Origin: Camelus dromedarius | Lineage: Eukaryota | Reading direction: 5' to 3' | NCBI RefSeq assembly: GCF_036321535.1 | Contig: NC_087437.1 | Coordinates: forward strand, 19,532,001-19,596,000 | Length of the DNA stretch: 64,000 bases | Part shown: piece after piece, positions 1 to 11,099 of the stretch | Position numbering within the stretch: position 1 is the stretch's first letter | How the letters are laid out: every line of letters starts with the position of its first letter | Program-made: the position numbers and the translations under genes | Notes under the pieces: generated by a model | Databases searched by the model: none | The model's input: only the letters and a program-made list of their open reading frames with translations | What the model was told of the DNA's origin: nothing

Positions 1-934
1 ACCTCCTCTGCATGCCACTCAGGCTGCTGATGTCTGGGAACAGTGCTGCACTCAGAGGTCCCACTGGCTGAATGAGTGAAAGAATGAATGCATTATGGCA
101 TGAGTGAAGGAAAGGATGATGAGCCAGATAAAAGAATGCAGGAAGGATGAAACAGCCCAAGAAAAGAGAAAATTGAATAAAGATACTTTAGCAACAGAAC
201 TACCAATAGAGTCACATAGGGGTAAGATGATTGCATCCACCCACCACTACCCCATCCTGCTCACCACTAGGATTCTATGAAAAATTACTAGACTGCTCCA
301 TCCAGGGGCAGAAGCAGTGTCTGCTCTCTCTCCTGCCTATTCATCAGTAATGACAGCAAATCTTTTTCCTCTGTGCCTTCAGCTTTGAGGTTAAGTCACC
401 ATTCTTTCCTCGAAGGCAGCTTTGCTAAAAGCACAAAGAGCACAGGCTGCCTGTGAAGGCTGTGTTACTCTCTGGATCTCAGCCCATAGCAGGTAATTGC
501 CTGCACTACCCTGAGCCTTCCCTCTGTCCATTTTTATTGTTCCCCCTTTGCCCAGATGGCACCTGAGCCTGGAGCCTCCATTTGTGGCTGCAGTTAATGG
601 GGGCTTAGTGCCCCTTGAGGGGAGGACAGTGGGTAGAGTGCTCCCTTCCGTGTGGTCCTCTATGACCTTCAGCCAGGTGCTCATTGGCCTGTGTCCCTTG
701 CGCAGTTCCTGAGCCTGTAACTGGGACTGGTTTAGACAGCTTGGCCCCATCAAGAGAATGTGCTGCAGAAATACACCCTAGAGGAAGAGATCATTTTCCC
801 AAGATCATTTTTGGAAAGACAGGTGGAACTTCACACTGCTGCTTTGGTCGAGACTCCCCCTATATTTCCGTTCCACGAAGAGGAAGTAGGAAACGCATTA
901 GTGACTCCCTGTGCATTTGCAGTTTTGTATAAAC

Positions 935-1310
935 TGAGTCAGTCAGCTAAGGCTAAGTGATGCTGTGGTAGCCAACAACCCTTGCCTCTCAATGGCTTAC
1001 ATAAATGATGATCTATTTCTTGCTCAAGCTACATGTCCATCCCCGGCCCACTATAGCTCTGTTCCCTGTTTACACCTGGACCTTCTTGGTGGGGGTGTGG
1101 CCTTGTGGCCAAAGGGAGAAAGACACAGAGAACCATAAGCTGGCTGGTGATATGGCCTTTCTATTCATGTGTTATTAAGCCAAGCAAGTCATATGCCACT
1201 TCCAAGTTCAACAGGCTCAGGATGTCTAGTCCTCCCACAAGTCACAGGTCTGATGCGGTAAGGTAGAATTCTCCCCTGGGGAAGGCTAATATGGTGAATC
1301 ATAACCTACA
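935..1310 (-). mobile_element. ERVL-MaLR LTR fragment (MLT1J/K/L-like)
   Basis: Degenerate MLT1 antisense hallmarks: 'agtcagctaaggctaagtgatgctgtggtagccaacaaccc...aatggctta...tatttcttgctca' and 'gccaagcaagtcatatgcc...aagttcaacagg'. Confidence 0.7.
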
Positions 1311-1434
1311 GGACCACTTGCGTTTACAGTGAGGAGGGGGGCAAGGCAGCTCAGATGATCTAGTGGATCCAGTGAGCTTTTGGGTGTGTAAAAGCCTCTG
1401 CACCTGCAGGTAAAGCTGAGGATAGGCCTCTATG

Positions 1435-1605
1435 AGCCATGTGATTTAGTGGCTGGGGACCTAACATCTAGTTTGATCGTCACCTCTGCTTGTGTGAACT
1501 TGAGCAAGTTGCCTGACCTTTCTGAACTTCTAAATGGACCTATTAATATCTAGGACTGTTGTGAAGATTAAAGCAGATATCTGGCAGGTGCCTAATACAT
1601 GGGAG
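1435..1605 (+). mobile_element. MIR SINE fragment
   Basis: MIR core 'tgtgtgaacttgagcaagttgcctgacctttctgaacttc' and 'gttgtgaagattaaa'. Confidence 0.7.
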
Positions 1606-2017
1606 ATTTTATTATGATAAAGTAGTTCAGGCTTGCCTTGGACAATTTGGAAAACTCAGAATAATAGGAAGAAATAAATAACATTAAAGCATTTCTTGCC
1701 ACCCAAAGACAGTGTTAAAATTTTGGCATATTTCCTTCAAAAGATGAAAGCAAGCTATTTTTAAAGCTGCAGCTGTTTCTGGGTTTGGGCAGAAGGACAA
1801 GGAAGACATTTGTTTGGGAAGACACCTTAATGGGGTTTATTATCTCCCATCCCTTACCCTCCCTGGCTAGTCTGGATGGAAAACGTTGAAAGAAAAGTTT
1901 TCTGGATTGTCTGCATGCTAATCAGACAGAAGATTTTTAGTTGTCTGTTGAAAGCAGAGAGGAAGGGGGGTTCTATTTTGGGGGGCTCCGGAAATTAGGA
2001 AAGAAAGGATGTGAACA

Positions 2018-2488
2018 TGTTACTGGCCAGGGTTCTTGGAATCAATCAATAGAAATTGATAAGAGGCCAGACAAGAAATTCAGGCAAGGCTTTATTGGAA
2101 CTCGTGCTACAGCCCAAGGGAGCAAGAAGAAGTAACAGGTTCCTTTGCTTTCTCCCTGAGTCGGGGTGAGCTGGTCCCTTAAATGGGCTGAGGGTACCGG
2201 CGGAGCAGTGGGTCAGGACAGGAGGGGTGGCTTAGGTGGCGGCCCACCCCCTTGGTGGTGCTGTGTGCAGGGATCGTGCGTAGTCCCTGCTTTTGCCTCA
2301 GACACCTCAGAAGCGGCAGCTGGGTTTTGGCCTTTTTGTATCTTGTTGTTCGTGATTTGCCCCAACTGTGCATGTACACAGTTATTTTTGGTCATTTACA
2401 GTTTTTTTTTTTGTATTCTTTCGCTTGAGGAGACATTTGCCCAGGTGTAAGCACTGCAGTAAACGGTCCCAGGTCCCAGCCTGCCTCA
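2018..2488 (-). mobile_element. ERV1-class solo LTR (471 bp)
   Basis: TG...CA termini; perfect 4-bp TSD AACA at 2014-2017 and 2489-2492; AATAAA on the minus strand (plus 'tttatt' ~2091-2096). Confidence 0.85.
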
Positions 2489-2499
2489 AACACAGTGGG

Positions 2500-2660
2500 A
2501 AGCCTAAGACAGAGATACACATAGGGAGACAGTGAAGGACAGCCAGAGAGAGAAAATGACACAGAAGGATGGAATGCAGAGTAGGGGGCATAGAAAGACA
2601 CAGAGAGGGACACACAGAGAGCCGGAGAGGAACAGGAACACACACACACAGAGGCAACAT
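2500..2660. repeat. GA/CA-rich low-complexity tract
   Basis: Runs of agacagag/gagaga/acacacac. Confidence 0.7.
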
Positions 2661-3931
2661 GAAACCCAGCGACACCAGCATTAGCCTGCTTTTTCAGACA
2701 AGAAGTCAAGCTGATTTTGCTTGATTGGGACCCAGCATGTGCAGTGGACTTCAGAGACTAAAGCATGATTTTCAGCTCTCAGCACTGCTCCACCCTCTGC
2801 CGTGCATCGACCTCAACCTCAAACCTTTAGGATAAAAGTCTGTTTCACAAAACAGCCTGATGCTGCTGGGCTCTTGGGGGAATGCAGGAGGTGGGTCCTT
2901 GTCCTGAGAGGGATGACGTGGCTTGAGGAGGAGCCAGGTGCTGTGGAACTGTGCCGAGGGAGCCAAGAGGAGGGTTTGGAATAAGAGGTGAGGAGCAATC
3001 TCTAGAAAAATGAAATCCACAGGGATCCTTGAAATCTCAAGGAGGAGGTTTTGAATCTCTGCATTTCTGTGAGATTGAGGTGAGTATTTGGATATTTAAA
3101 AAAGTCTGGTGATTGAGATGTATAAACTATCAAATAGAGTCAAATATCATGATAGCTATATATTGAGATATAGATATTCAACACAGTTGAAATCATACTG
3201 TCCACATATTGTATATCCTGCCTTTTCTCCTAAGCATTATATTCCAGTCTCTCACATCATTAAAAACTCTCCACAAACATCATTTTAGGGCATTTCCTTT
3301 TTAACAGCTATTGTGTTGCTTTCTCTCTGCTCACCCTCCCTGGACCTTCTCCCGCCTCCGTCCGCCCACCCGCTTTATTTTATGAATTCTTCCCGACTGA
3401 GCTCGGGGAGGGCCCTCTGACAAGGTCCTTGGTGGGCTCAATTATGGAAAACATGGCCTGAGTCACGAGATGAGTGATTGCTGGGTCCCTCCTGCCTGTT
3501 CCGGGAGCCACCGGCACGAAGATGCTTCCAGAGTGCAGGCGCAATTTTGTTATTTGCCATTGTGGTTAATGAAAAGATGAAATTGGAGCCTATGAGCACA
3601 ACATGTAAGCAGCACCATAATTAGCCCTTTGGAAGGTGAAGGATCCACTTTAAAATAAAAGAAAATAGCTTTACTCCCACAATGAAATGGCTGCAATTTT
3701 CTAGCTAATGCAGAACCTGCAGTATTTCTGTAATTATGTCCCCTAGGTCTTCTATTCACGGTAATTTCTTCCTTTCTTTTTCTCTCTTTTTCCTGTTTTT
3801 GGTTTTTTTTTTTGTTTTTTTTACTTTTAAGTAAATTCCCTTTGGTACCAAGAAGAAGAAACAATATTATTTGCAGACAGGAGGAAAAAGCTCTTGCCCA
3901 CGTGATGAATGCATTTTCTTTTGAAAAGCAA

Positions 3932-3934
3932 AAA

Positions 3935-3980
<46 letters not shown>
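3932..3980 (+). repeat. (AAAT)~12 microsatellite
   Basis: Direct tandem repeat. Confidence 0.95.
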
Positions 3981-3981
<1 letters not shown>

Positions 3982-4189
3982 CCAAATAACTAAATTCTTA
4001 GCCTGGTAGAGCTGTGCTGTCTACAATTCAACCAAACCTATCTAGGTGAGATGGTCTTGTTTCTTCATCAAAGTTCAGGTGGACAAGGGAAGGTGGTTTC
4101 CTGGAGGTGACTGACAGCTGTGACAAATCACAGGCAGGATGAGCCAGCAAAGTTGGTGGGGCCAGGCCACCTGATCTCTGTCCCAGACC

Positions 4190-4335
4190 GGACCTTGAGA
4201 CCCTCACCTCACCTCTCTGTGCCTCAGTATCCTCATCTATAAAATGTCTAAAAATACCTGCCTTGCAGTCCTGTCGCAAACATGCAAGAATGCCCAGAAC
4301 AGAGTTTGAATCACTGTCAGGACCCAACAATAGTC
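4190..4335 (+). mobile_element. MIR fragment
   Basis: Core 'cacctctctgtgcctcagtatcctcatctataaaatg'. Confidence 0.8.
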
Positions 4336-4509
4336 ATGATTCCTTCCACCCTGTGGTCATTGAATGAATGAACATTTAACACAGAAAGCCTGAGCCTGCA
4401 GTGACTCATTGCTTTCAGAAGACTTACGGCTCAGGCTCCCAGAGTCTAGAAGATGGCCAAAGCGAGAATCTTTTGATTTTTCTCAGAGCAGCACCTTGAG
4501 AAGCTTTGC

Positions 4510-4655
4510 AGCAAATAATCTTGCGAGACAGGTGCTATTTCCCTATTTTGCAAATGAGGAGACAGAGACAAGGCAACCTGCCCTAGGCCACACCTCTTGT
4601 GAGTGGCAGAGCCGAGATGTCCATCCCATTCTCTCTGGAGCCCGTGTTCATTCCT
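4510..4655 (-). mobile_element. MIR fragment
   Basis: 'attttgcaaatgaggagacagag...ctgccctaggccacac...gagtggcagagcc'. Confidence 0.75.
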
Positions 4656-4734
4656 CCGCAGCTTTTCTTAAATCCTGGCCTGGGTCTACTGTGGATTTAT
4701 TTCTCATCTGCAAAATGGGCATGTTGCTTTTGTT

Positions 4735-4955
4735 ACAGTGGTCACGTGCACAGCCTTTGTTATCAGACAGACCTGAATTTCAAGCTCCAGCCCTCCCATC
4801 TCCTAGCTGTATGACTTTAGGCAAGAGATTTAATATCCCTGGGTTCCACCTGTGAAATAAGAACGCTACAGATTCTGTGGGCATAAACGAAACAGTGTTT
4901 ATAAAGCAAGTGTGTCTAGGACCTGGCTTCTCAGAAGCACCCAGTCAAATAATAG
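4735..4955 (+). mobile_element. MIR fragment
   Basis: 'cagacagacctgaatttcaag...ctagctgtatgactttaggcaag'. Confidence 0.8.
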
Positions 4956-5749
4956 CTTTAATGACCTGTCCTCCTATGTTGTCATTGTGAAAATTCATGG
5001 AGTTCACAGAAATTAAAGTCTTTATGACTTGGGAAGCCTAGATCCACACTGGTCCTTATTAACATATTTTATTTCACCAACTTCCACCCCCCTCCCCCCA
5101 GTAATGATGACCCTTATAAGCTGGGATAAGAAAACTACCCTTACAACTCTTAATCTCTCAGCTCTGAGCTGTCCCAAGAACTGAGAGGACTTTACCATGT
5201 GAAAATGTTTGTAGGAGGCTCAGCAGCCAGTGCAGAGGCTTAAGCAGCAATCCTCCTTCCTGATTAGTTTCACTGCAGATTCTAGCCAAACAGACTCCCG
5301 GGCCCCTCAGCACAGGCGGCACTGAGACTTGGCAGGGATGGTGGGGCAGGGGGGCAGCAGCTGATCTGTGATTAAAAATTCACTGCGGATCACCAGCCAA
5401 CAAATCGTGCCCTTCGGGAAGACTAAAAATTGACTGCAGGGTCAGTTTACCGCCCTAGCCTGGGAACTTGTGCCCTGATCTGGGGATAGAGAAATCAGCA
5501 TCCTTGTCAGATCTGAAAGTCAGGTGATAATGGGAGGTCAGACCAGGTAGGGCTGGAAGGGAGGTATGGCAGATCTGTAGGGGACAGAATTCCTCGCTCT
5601 CTCTCTCCCTTCCTTTCTTCCCACAAATAATTCTTGAGTCCTGATTGGGCCAGGTCATGGTCTTGGCTCTGAGCTAGAGAATGAATCTGACCCAGCTCTG
5701 GCCTCAAGGGGTACAGAGAAGTCAAGGACAATGACATTGATTGGTGGGC

Positions 5750-6030
5750 CATGATAGAGGTAAGCTTAGGTGCCAAGGGAGCCCAGAGGGCGCTCAGCCT
5801 TGGTGGTGGGGGTGGGGAATGGAGTTGGAGGATGTCCAGGAAAGCCTTCTTGAAGAAACAGCATCTGAGCTGAGCTTTGAGAAGCGCTAGACAGACTGAG
5901 GTGGGATTTAGAGGAGCCTGGGCACTGGCCCAATGACACCTGGGGGATAGAAATAATTCAGGGAGAGCAAGAATGGAGAAGGTGAGGCTGGAGAGGCAGG
6001 CTGGGCAGGAAGCAGCCTATAAGCCAGCTG
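5750..6030 (-). mobile_element. L2 LINE fragment
   Basis: 'caggaaagccttcttgaagaaacagcatctgagctgagctttga' and 'gaggctggagaggcaggc', typical antisense L2. Confidence 0.65.
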
Positions 6031-6301
6031 CAGCGGGAAGAGTGAGTCAGACTGGCCCAGGGAGTGACTGATGGCCTCAAATCCTAATTCTGTCATTTAG
6101 GGACTGTAGAGCTGTGGGCTGGCTTCTCACACTTAAGGGTTATCTGTATCAGTGGGAATTCTGACACCTACCTCATAGGGGTAAATTTCAAGCCAGTGTC
6201 TGGCCCATTTGGACTGTCAGCAAATGGTACTGCTAGGTAGTTAGATAAGTGGGGGCACCAGGCAGACAGGTGGAGGAGAGGGAGGATGGTGTGGAAGATG
6301 G

Positions 6302-6785
6302 TGTTATGCCTGCCTCCAGCATAAAGGGACTTTACTTCTTCTAAATGAGTGCCAGCAAGAAACCGGTTAGAACCTGACAGCCACGACTGCGTGGTAGCAG
6401 AAAGGACTTAAGCAGACACAACCCAATGCTCATTGTATTACAGTTAACATTGTGGTTTAGGCACCCCCCCCCCCCACCCCACTGGGTTTTTCTGTGTGCA
6501 CCATGAGTAAGGACACGTGCAAAGGGGCCAACCATGACTAAGCATTCCCGGGACAAGAGCTGTCAATCAATCAAGAGACCACCTGTAAGCAAGGGTATAA
6601 GAGAAAGAGACAAAATCCGCTGCTTTTCCTCCCTTGCGTCAGCCCGCCTCCCATTCTTGAAGATGTACTTGTCCTATTCTAAATAAATTTTTAAAAATCT
6701 ACCGCTGTACAACACACTGTCTCCCAACTGTAAACTTATCTTTCAGGTGTGACAAGAACCGAGGTCTTCTTCTTTTGGGGTAACA
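6302..6785 (+). mobile_element. ERV solo LTR (484 bp, probably ERV1-class)
   Basis: TGTTA...TAACA inverted termini; TATA-like 'gtataaga' ~6595; AATAAA ~6682; U5-like 'gacaagaacc'; flanks ATGG/GTGC are not a clean TSD. Confidence 0.8.
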
Positions 6786-6999
6786 GTGCCTCATTCTTTT
6801 CCCCAAGTGTGGGGATTGGAGAGAATGCGGGGCAGGAAACCAGGCAGGCCAGTGTCTGGCCAGTAACCCTTCCTCTCTGGTAGAATCACCTATCGCCTTT
6901 AAGGTTTATTACAATGCTGTGCTTTGAATGAAGAAATTTACAGCAAAAAATATCAATGATACAATCACATTCTGCATTTTTATTCCACGTGAGGCAGCA

Positions 7000-7222
7000 A
7001 ACACTGTGATTTAGTGCATAAACTGTGGCACCGGATGGACTGAGTTCCGAACCTGGTTCTGCTACTGGCTGTGTGATCTTGAGTAAATTGTAAACCTCTC
7101 TGTGCCTTCGTTTCCATATTTTTACTTATATGATTACTGTAATTAAATAAATTAATAGGTACAACACATACAACAGAGCCTGCATTTGAGTAAGGGCTCT
7201 ATTAAGTTGAAGTTGTTATTAT
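7000..7222 (+). mobile_element. MIR SINE
   Basis: 'ggctgtgtgatcttgagtaaattgtaaacctctctgtgccttcgtttcc' and 3' 'gtaagggctctattaag...ttattat'. Confidence 0.8.
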
Positions 7223-7682
7223 AGCTAAAAATATTGGGGGCTTATTCTCTAGCTAGACTTCTGAAAAAGATAATAAAGGGAAAACAGTAGCTGGGTCCTG
7301 TTCATTGAAGAGGCTCTGAGGTCTGGGCCATGGTTTTGAGGGTATTTTAACAACTCTGCTGATTAGTGAAAAAAATAATTGATCAGCAAGCCAAATTTTC
7401 CAATCTTGGCCCAGTTGCAGACTTGATTATAGCTGTGGCTTAAATCACAGGCTCTGGCTGCCCCTGGAAGCACAGGTGGTCCTTGGCCTCTGGGCCATGT
7501 TACTGTGCAGGTCTGTACTCAAGTTAACAGAATGAAATAAGTTAAAGCAACAAGGATGGCAGAGAGAGTCGGGTAATATTTTTCCTCCCTGAGATGAACA
7601 GAAGGGTAGAGCCCTGTAATGGAGTAAATGAATTTAATCACCCGTTACTTTAGGACAACCACTAAAATAAAAAGTAGATCCT

Positions 7683-7809
7683 GGGGAGGGTAATAGCTTA
7701 GTGGTAGAGCACGCGCTTAGCAGGTACGAGGTCCTGGGTTCAATCCCCAGTACCTCCATTAAAAATAATAATAACAAAATAAATAAATAAAATTAAAAAT
7801 ATATTATTA
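7683..7809 (+). mobile_element. Camelid tRNA-derived SINE (Vic-1 type)
   Basis: Box A 'tagcttagtgg', box B 'ggttcaatcc', A-rich tail; degenerate 14-bp TSD 7669-7682 / 7810-7823 (3 mismatches). Confidence 0.88.
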
Positions 7810-10034
7810 AAAAAATTGATCTTACATTTCCAAGCAATGGAAATTCCATTGGTAAATTCAAGCTACAGCAAGAAGGCAATCTTGCCATTGACTGCTGTTG
7901 CTGGACTTTTTAAATGAATGGATAATTTTATGAAACAATACGCTAGCTATCAAATCATATACCCAGCTTTTACAAAAGACTAAAAGAAATACTTCCCTCA
8001 TCCTAGAACACTGTTTCACGGCCGGGCAGAGGCATCTGGGCCTGCTCCTGCTGGAGGGCACCTCCGCTCCAGCTAGTGCTTTGCTTCTGGTGTAAAAGTA
8101 GCCAAGGTAATTGCAATGGATAAGAACAGTTTGGGAATACATTCTTCCCCTCCCCTTTTTAAATCTGTAGCTTTCATGCCACGCCAACCCCGATCAGTGT
8201 CCGAGCCTAGATACAGGGCTGGTCCTTCCTAGGAAAGCTCCCTGCAGGATGGTGAGCCCAGTTCATCACAAAATTATACACCGTTGGTGCTGTTTGTGGC
8301 GCTGTTCAGATTCATCAGTCCCAACCAATAAAGCCAAGGCAGAAGTTCTTTAGGAGGGAGCAGGGATTTTCTTTTCACCGCAGGGAAGTCCAGACGTACG
8401 CGTGTATTAATACTTACTTCCCCAACTAACAGATCTCAGCCCGATTTCCAGCTGGGTCGCTCCACGGTCCTAATGGGCTGGAAGGATGTTCATTTTTTGT
8501 TAATTTTGCAGCCGACAATTTCTACCCTGGTGTAAGCGGCCTGCAGACTGTGATTTGTTAGCTCTCATTAGAAGGGAAAAGGTGTAGTCCCGTCCTCGGC
8601 GGCTTTCATAAATCACATTTTCAGGTGGCTTTAGCATGCGAGAACATCTCTGAGCACAGGTCCTGACAGGAATAATCCAACGATGTGTCTCTGTGCTGGG
8701 CAGCGGCACCCGAAGATCCCATCTGTGATTCACCGAACATTCGTGCCGAGGCGCAGACAAAGGTGAATTAGTTCCAGACAAAAATGCATCAATGCTCTAT
8801 TGAATAGTCAATTATTAAACACATAATGGAATCTGTGGTTAGCAAGGCATGCTGAAGATGTGCCATGTTTGCACAATTTCTAACCCGGAAAGGAAGGCTG
8901 GCTTCTGGTCTGTGAGGAATGAAACAATTCAGTGGTGTTTAAGGCAAACTTGAAAACACACATCTTTCCTTAGAGGGGTGTGCAAGATTTGTGTTCACGA
9001 TTCACATTTTTTTCCATTTCTCCCTTTAATTAGACTTCATGGCAGTCAGCCCTTGACACACAACAGTGAGCAGTTCTGGATGGGACAGACACAGGTGGAT
9101 ATTCCAAAGTGGTACGCCATCCAACAATCTTTCTGTTTTTGGTTTGTTTGGTGTTTATTCTTATGTGTGAATATGGATGTGTGTGTTCTGAAACTCACAG
9201 GGCTTCAAACAAAATAGCGGATGGTGGAGCTTGTGTTCTTACCCTGCAACCTCAGTTTCAAGTTCTCAAATGGAAGCAGAGCCCCATCTAAGAGTTCTCT
9301 GCGGTCTCTGCTGGCTTCTACACAGCAGCTGTCCTCCCTGTGTGCAGCTTTGCAGGCAGTTCTGAATCCACACTCAGCATTTTGTTACTCGCATGTGTAT
9401 TTGCTTTTCTGATTTCATCCAATCCTTACAGGGGCACATGACCCTGGATATTCAGGGCTATTGAAATACAGACTGTTGAAGGGATTTCTAGTTTATCATT
9501 TTAGTTGGAACCAAGGCATCCTTGTATTTCACCATGAATGGGGAGGGTTGGTAAGAAGCCACCCTTCCTGCACCTGCTCCTGCAGCAGAGACCCAAGGTA
9601 GGGTGACTGTGCGATTCTGCAAGGGAGTTCTGAAAGGAGGTCCCACGTGAAGGGGAGACCCTTGCCTCTGAGGAACGGCAGGGCCTCTGTAGTGAGGGAG
9701 ACCATGGCTAACACGTGCCTTGAAACAGGTGAGGCAGACTGGTTCCATAGTAGGCTGTGACATGGCCCTGTGGGGCTACCACGTAGGGGGTGCACAGGAG
9801 ACAGAGGGAGGCGCTCTGTGGGAGACTCCATATGGAAGATGAACAAGTAAAGTCTGGTCAGGTGAACTGTTTCCAGTCCAGCCACTTCTGGTTGACTTAC
9901 CCCAGAATGCTGAATAAAGGGTTCGCTTCTGGTCTCAGCTCCACCTCTGGGCCTGCGGGGAACACCTTTGTATCCTCTCTCTTCTCATCACTGTCCCAGC
10001 GTGGGGGCAGCGTCCATCTCGGGCTAAGCTTCTT

Positions 10035-10240
10035 AGACATGGGGGTCAGGTTCTATTGTGGTAACAAAGAAATCCCCTAATCCCAGTGGCTTAGCACAGT
10101 CATTTATTTCTCACTTAAATCAGGTGTGATACGGGTCAGTAAAAGCTGGCTCCGACCTGGTGACTCAGGGGCCCAGACTCCCTCCATTTTGGGAGGCCAC
10201 CATCTTAACACACATTCCTCTGAGATCTCAGGGAGGGAGC
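10035..10240 (-). mobile_element. ERVL-MaLR LTR fragment (MLT1-like)
   Basis: 'gtggtaacaaagaaatcccc...cagtggcttagcacag...tttatttctcac...actcaggggcccagact...gccaccatctt'. Confidence 0.7.
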
Positions 10241-11099
10241 AGATCTCTTCTTGAGTCCACCTTGGACGCCCTGGTTTAATTTCTTTAATAAATACTGCAT
10301 TTCCTCACAGGCCTTCTAGACATTTGCCATGTACAAAGGATAGTTCTATCTCCACCACAGATTATTGTAATATACTTGCCCCATAATGTTACAATGAGTT
10401 AGGGCCAGACTTGTCACAGCCGCACGAGATCCGGTAATGACCCTGTGCATTTATATAGCCCTTTTATTTTCCAAGAGCTTTCAGATTTATCATCTCATTT
10501 CACTCCTTCCACATCTTTCTGGAGTGAAGGCCCACTTCCTCCCTGCACTGTCCAGTTGGAGAGGCCAAGTTCAGCAATTCTGTGTGCTTCACCTGTGCCC
10601 CAGAGGTGTGGCTGACCCACCCAGTGGTCCAACTGCACAGTGAAGTTAGGGTGACAACAGAAGGGTGGTACCCTCATGTCCCTCCAGACCTTCCCTCTCC
10701 TTTCTTTCCCCCACCTCCTGTCCAGGCTGCCCCAAGGGGTCTCCCTTCCCCACCTGTCTGGAACCTGTCCTTCTGTGAGTGCTGCCACCACCTCTAGATC
10801 TTACAGAGAGCTGAGTATCCAGTTTAATAATGTAGTAATAATTCAGTCAACTCCCGCTGAGTACTTGATGATTGGCTCCTAAGCAGACATATAGAGTTTG
10901 AAGTGGGGTGAATTTATTCTTTCTTGAAATTCCCAGAAGTTTTTAAGGCTCTAGAAAATGTGTTTCAACTGTCAAAAGTAAGAAATTTGGCAATTTAAAT
11001 TGTGAAATACACATCACAGTTCTGTTTGGTAGGAAACAATATAAAATTGCGATTTTTGAAACAAAAGAAATAAAAGCAGAGACTCGGACTTAAACAAGA

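Noticed and set aside
383..492. Exon-like unit (pyrimidine tract-CAG ... CAG|GTAATT)
   Set aside because: 110 nt with stops in all three frames; could only be non-coding and has no other support.
7683..7757. tRNA-like sequence (also at 48.5, 50.5, 51.7 and 54.3 kb)
   Set aside because: Followed by A-rich tails, mostly flanked by TSDs and mutually diverged: SINE heads, not tRNA genes.
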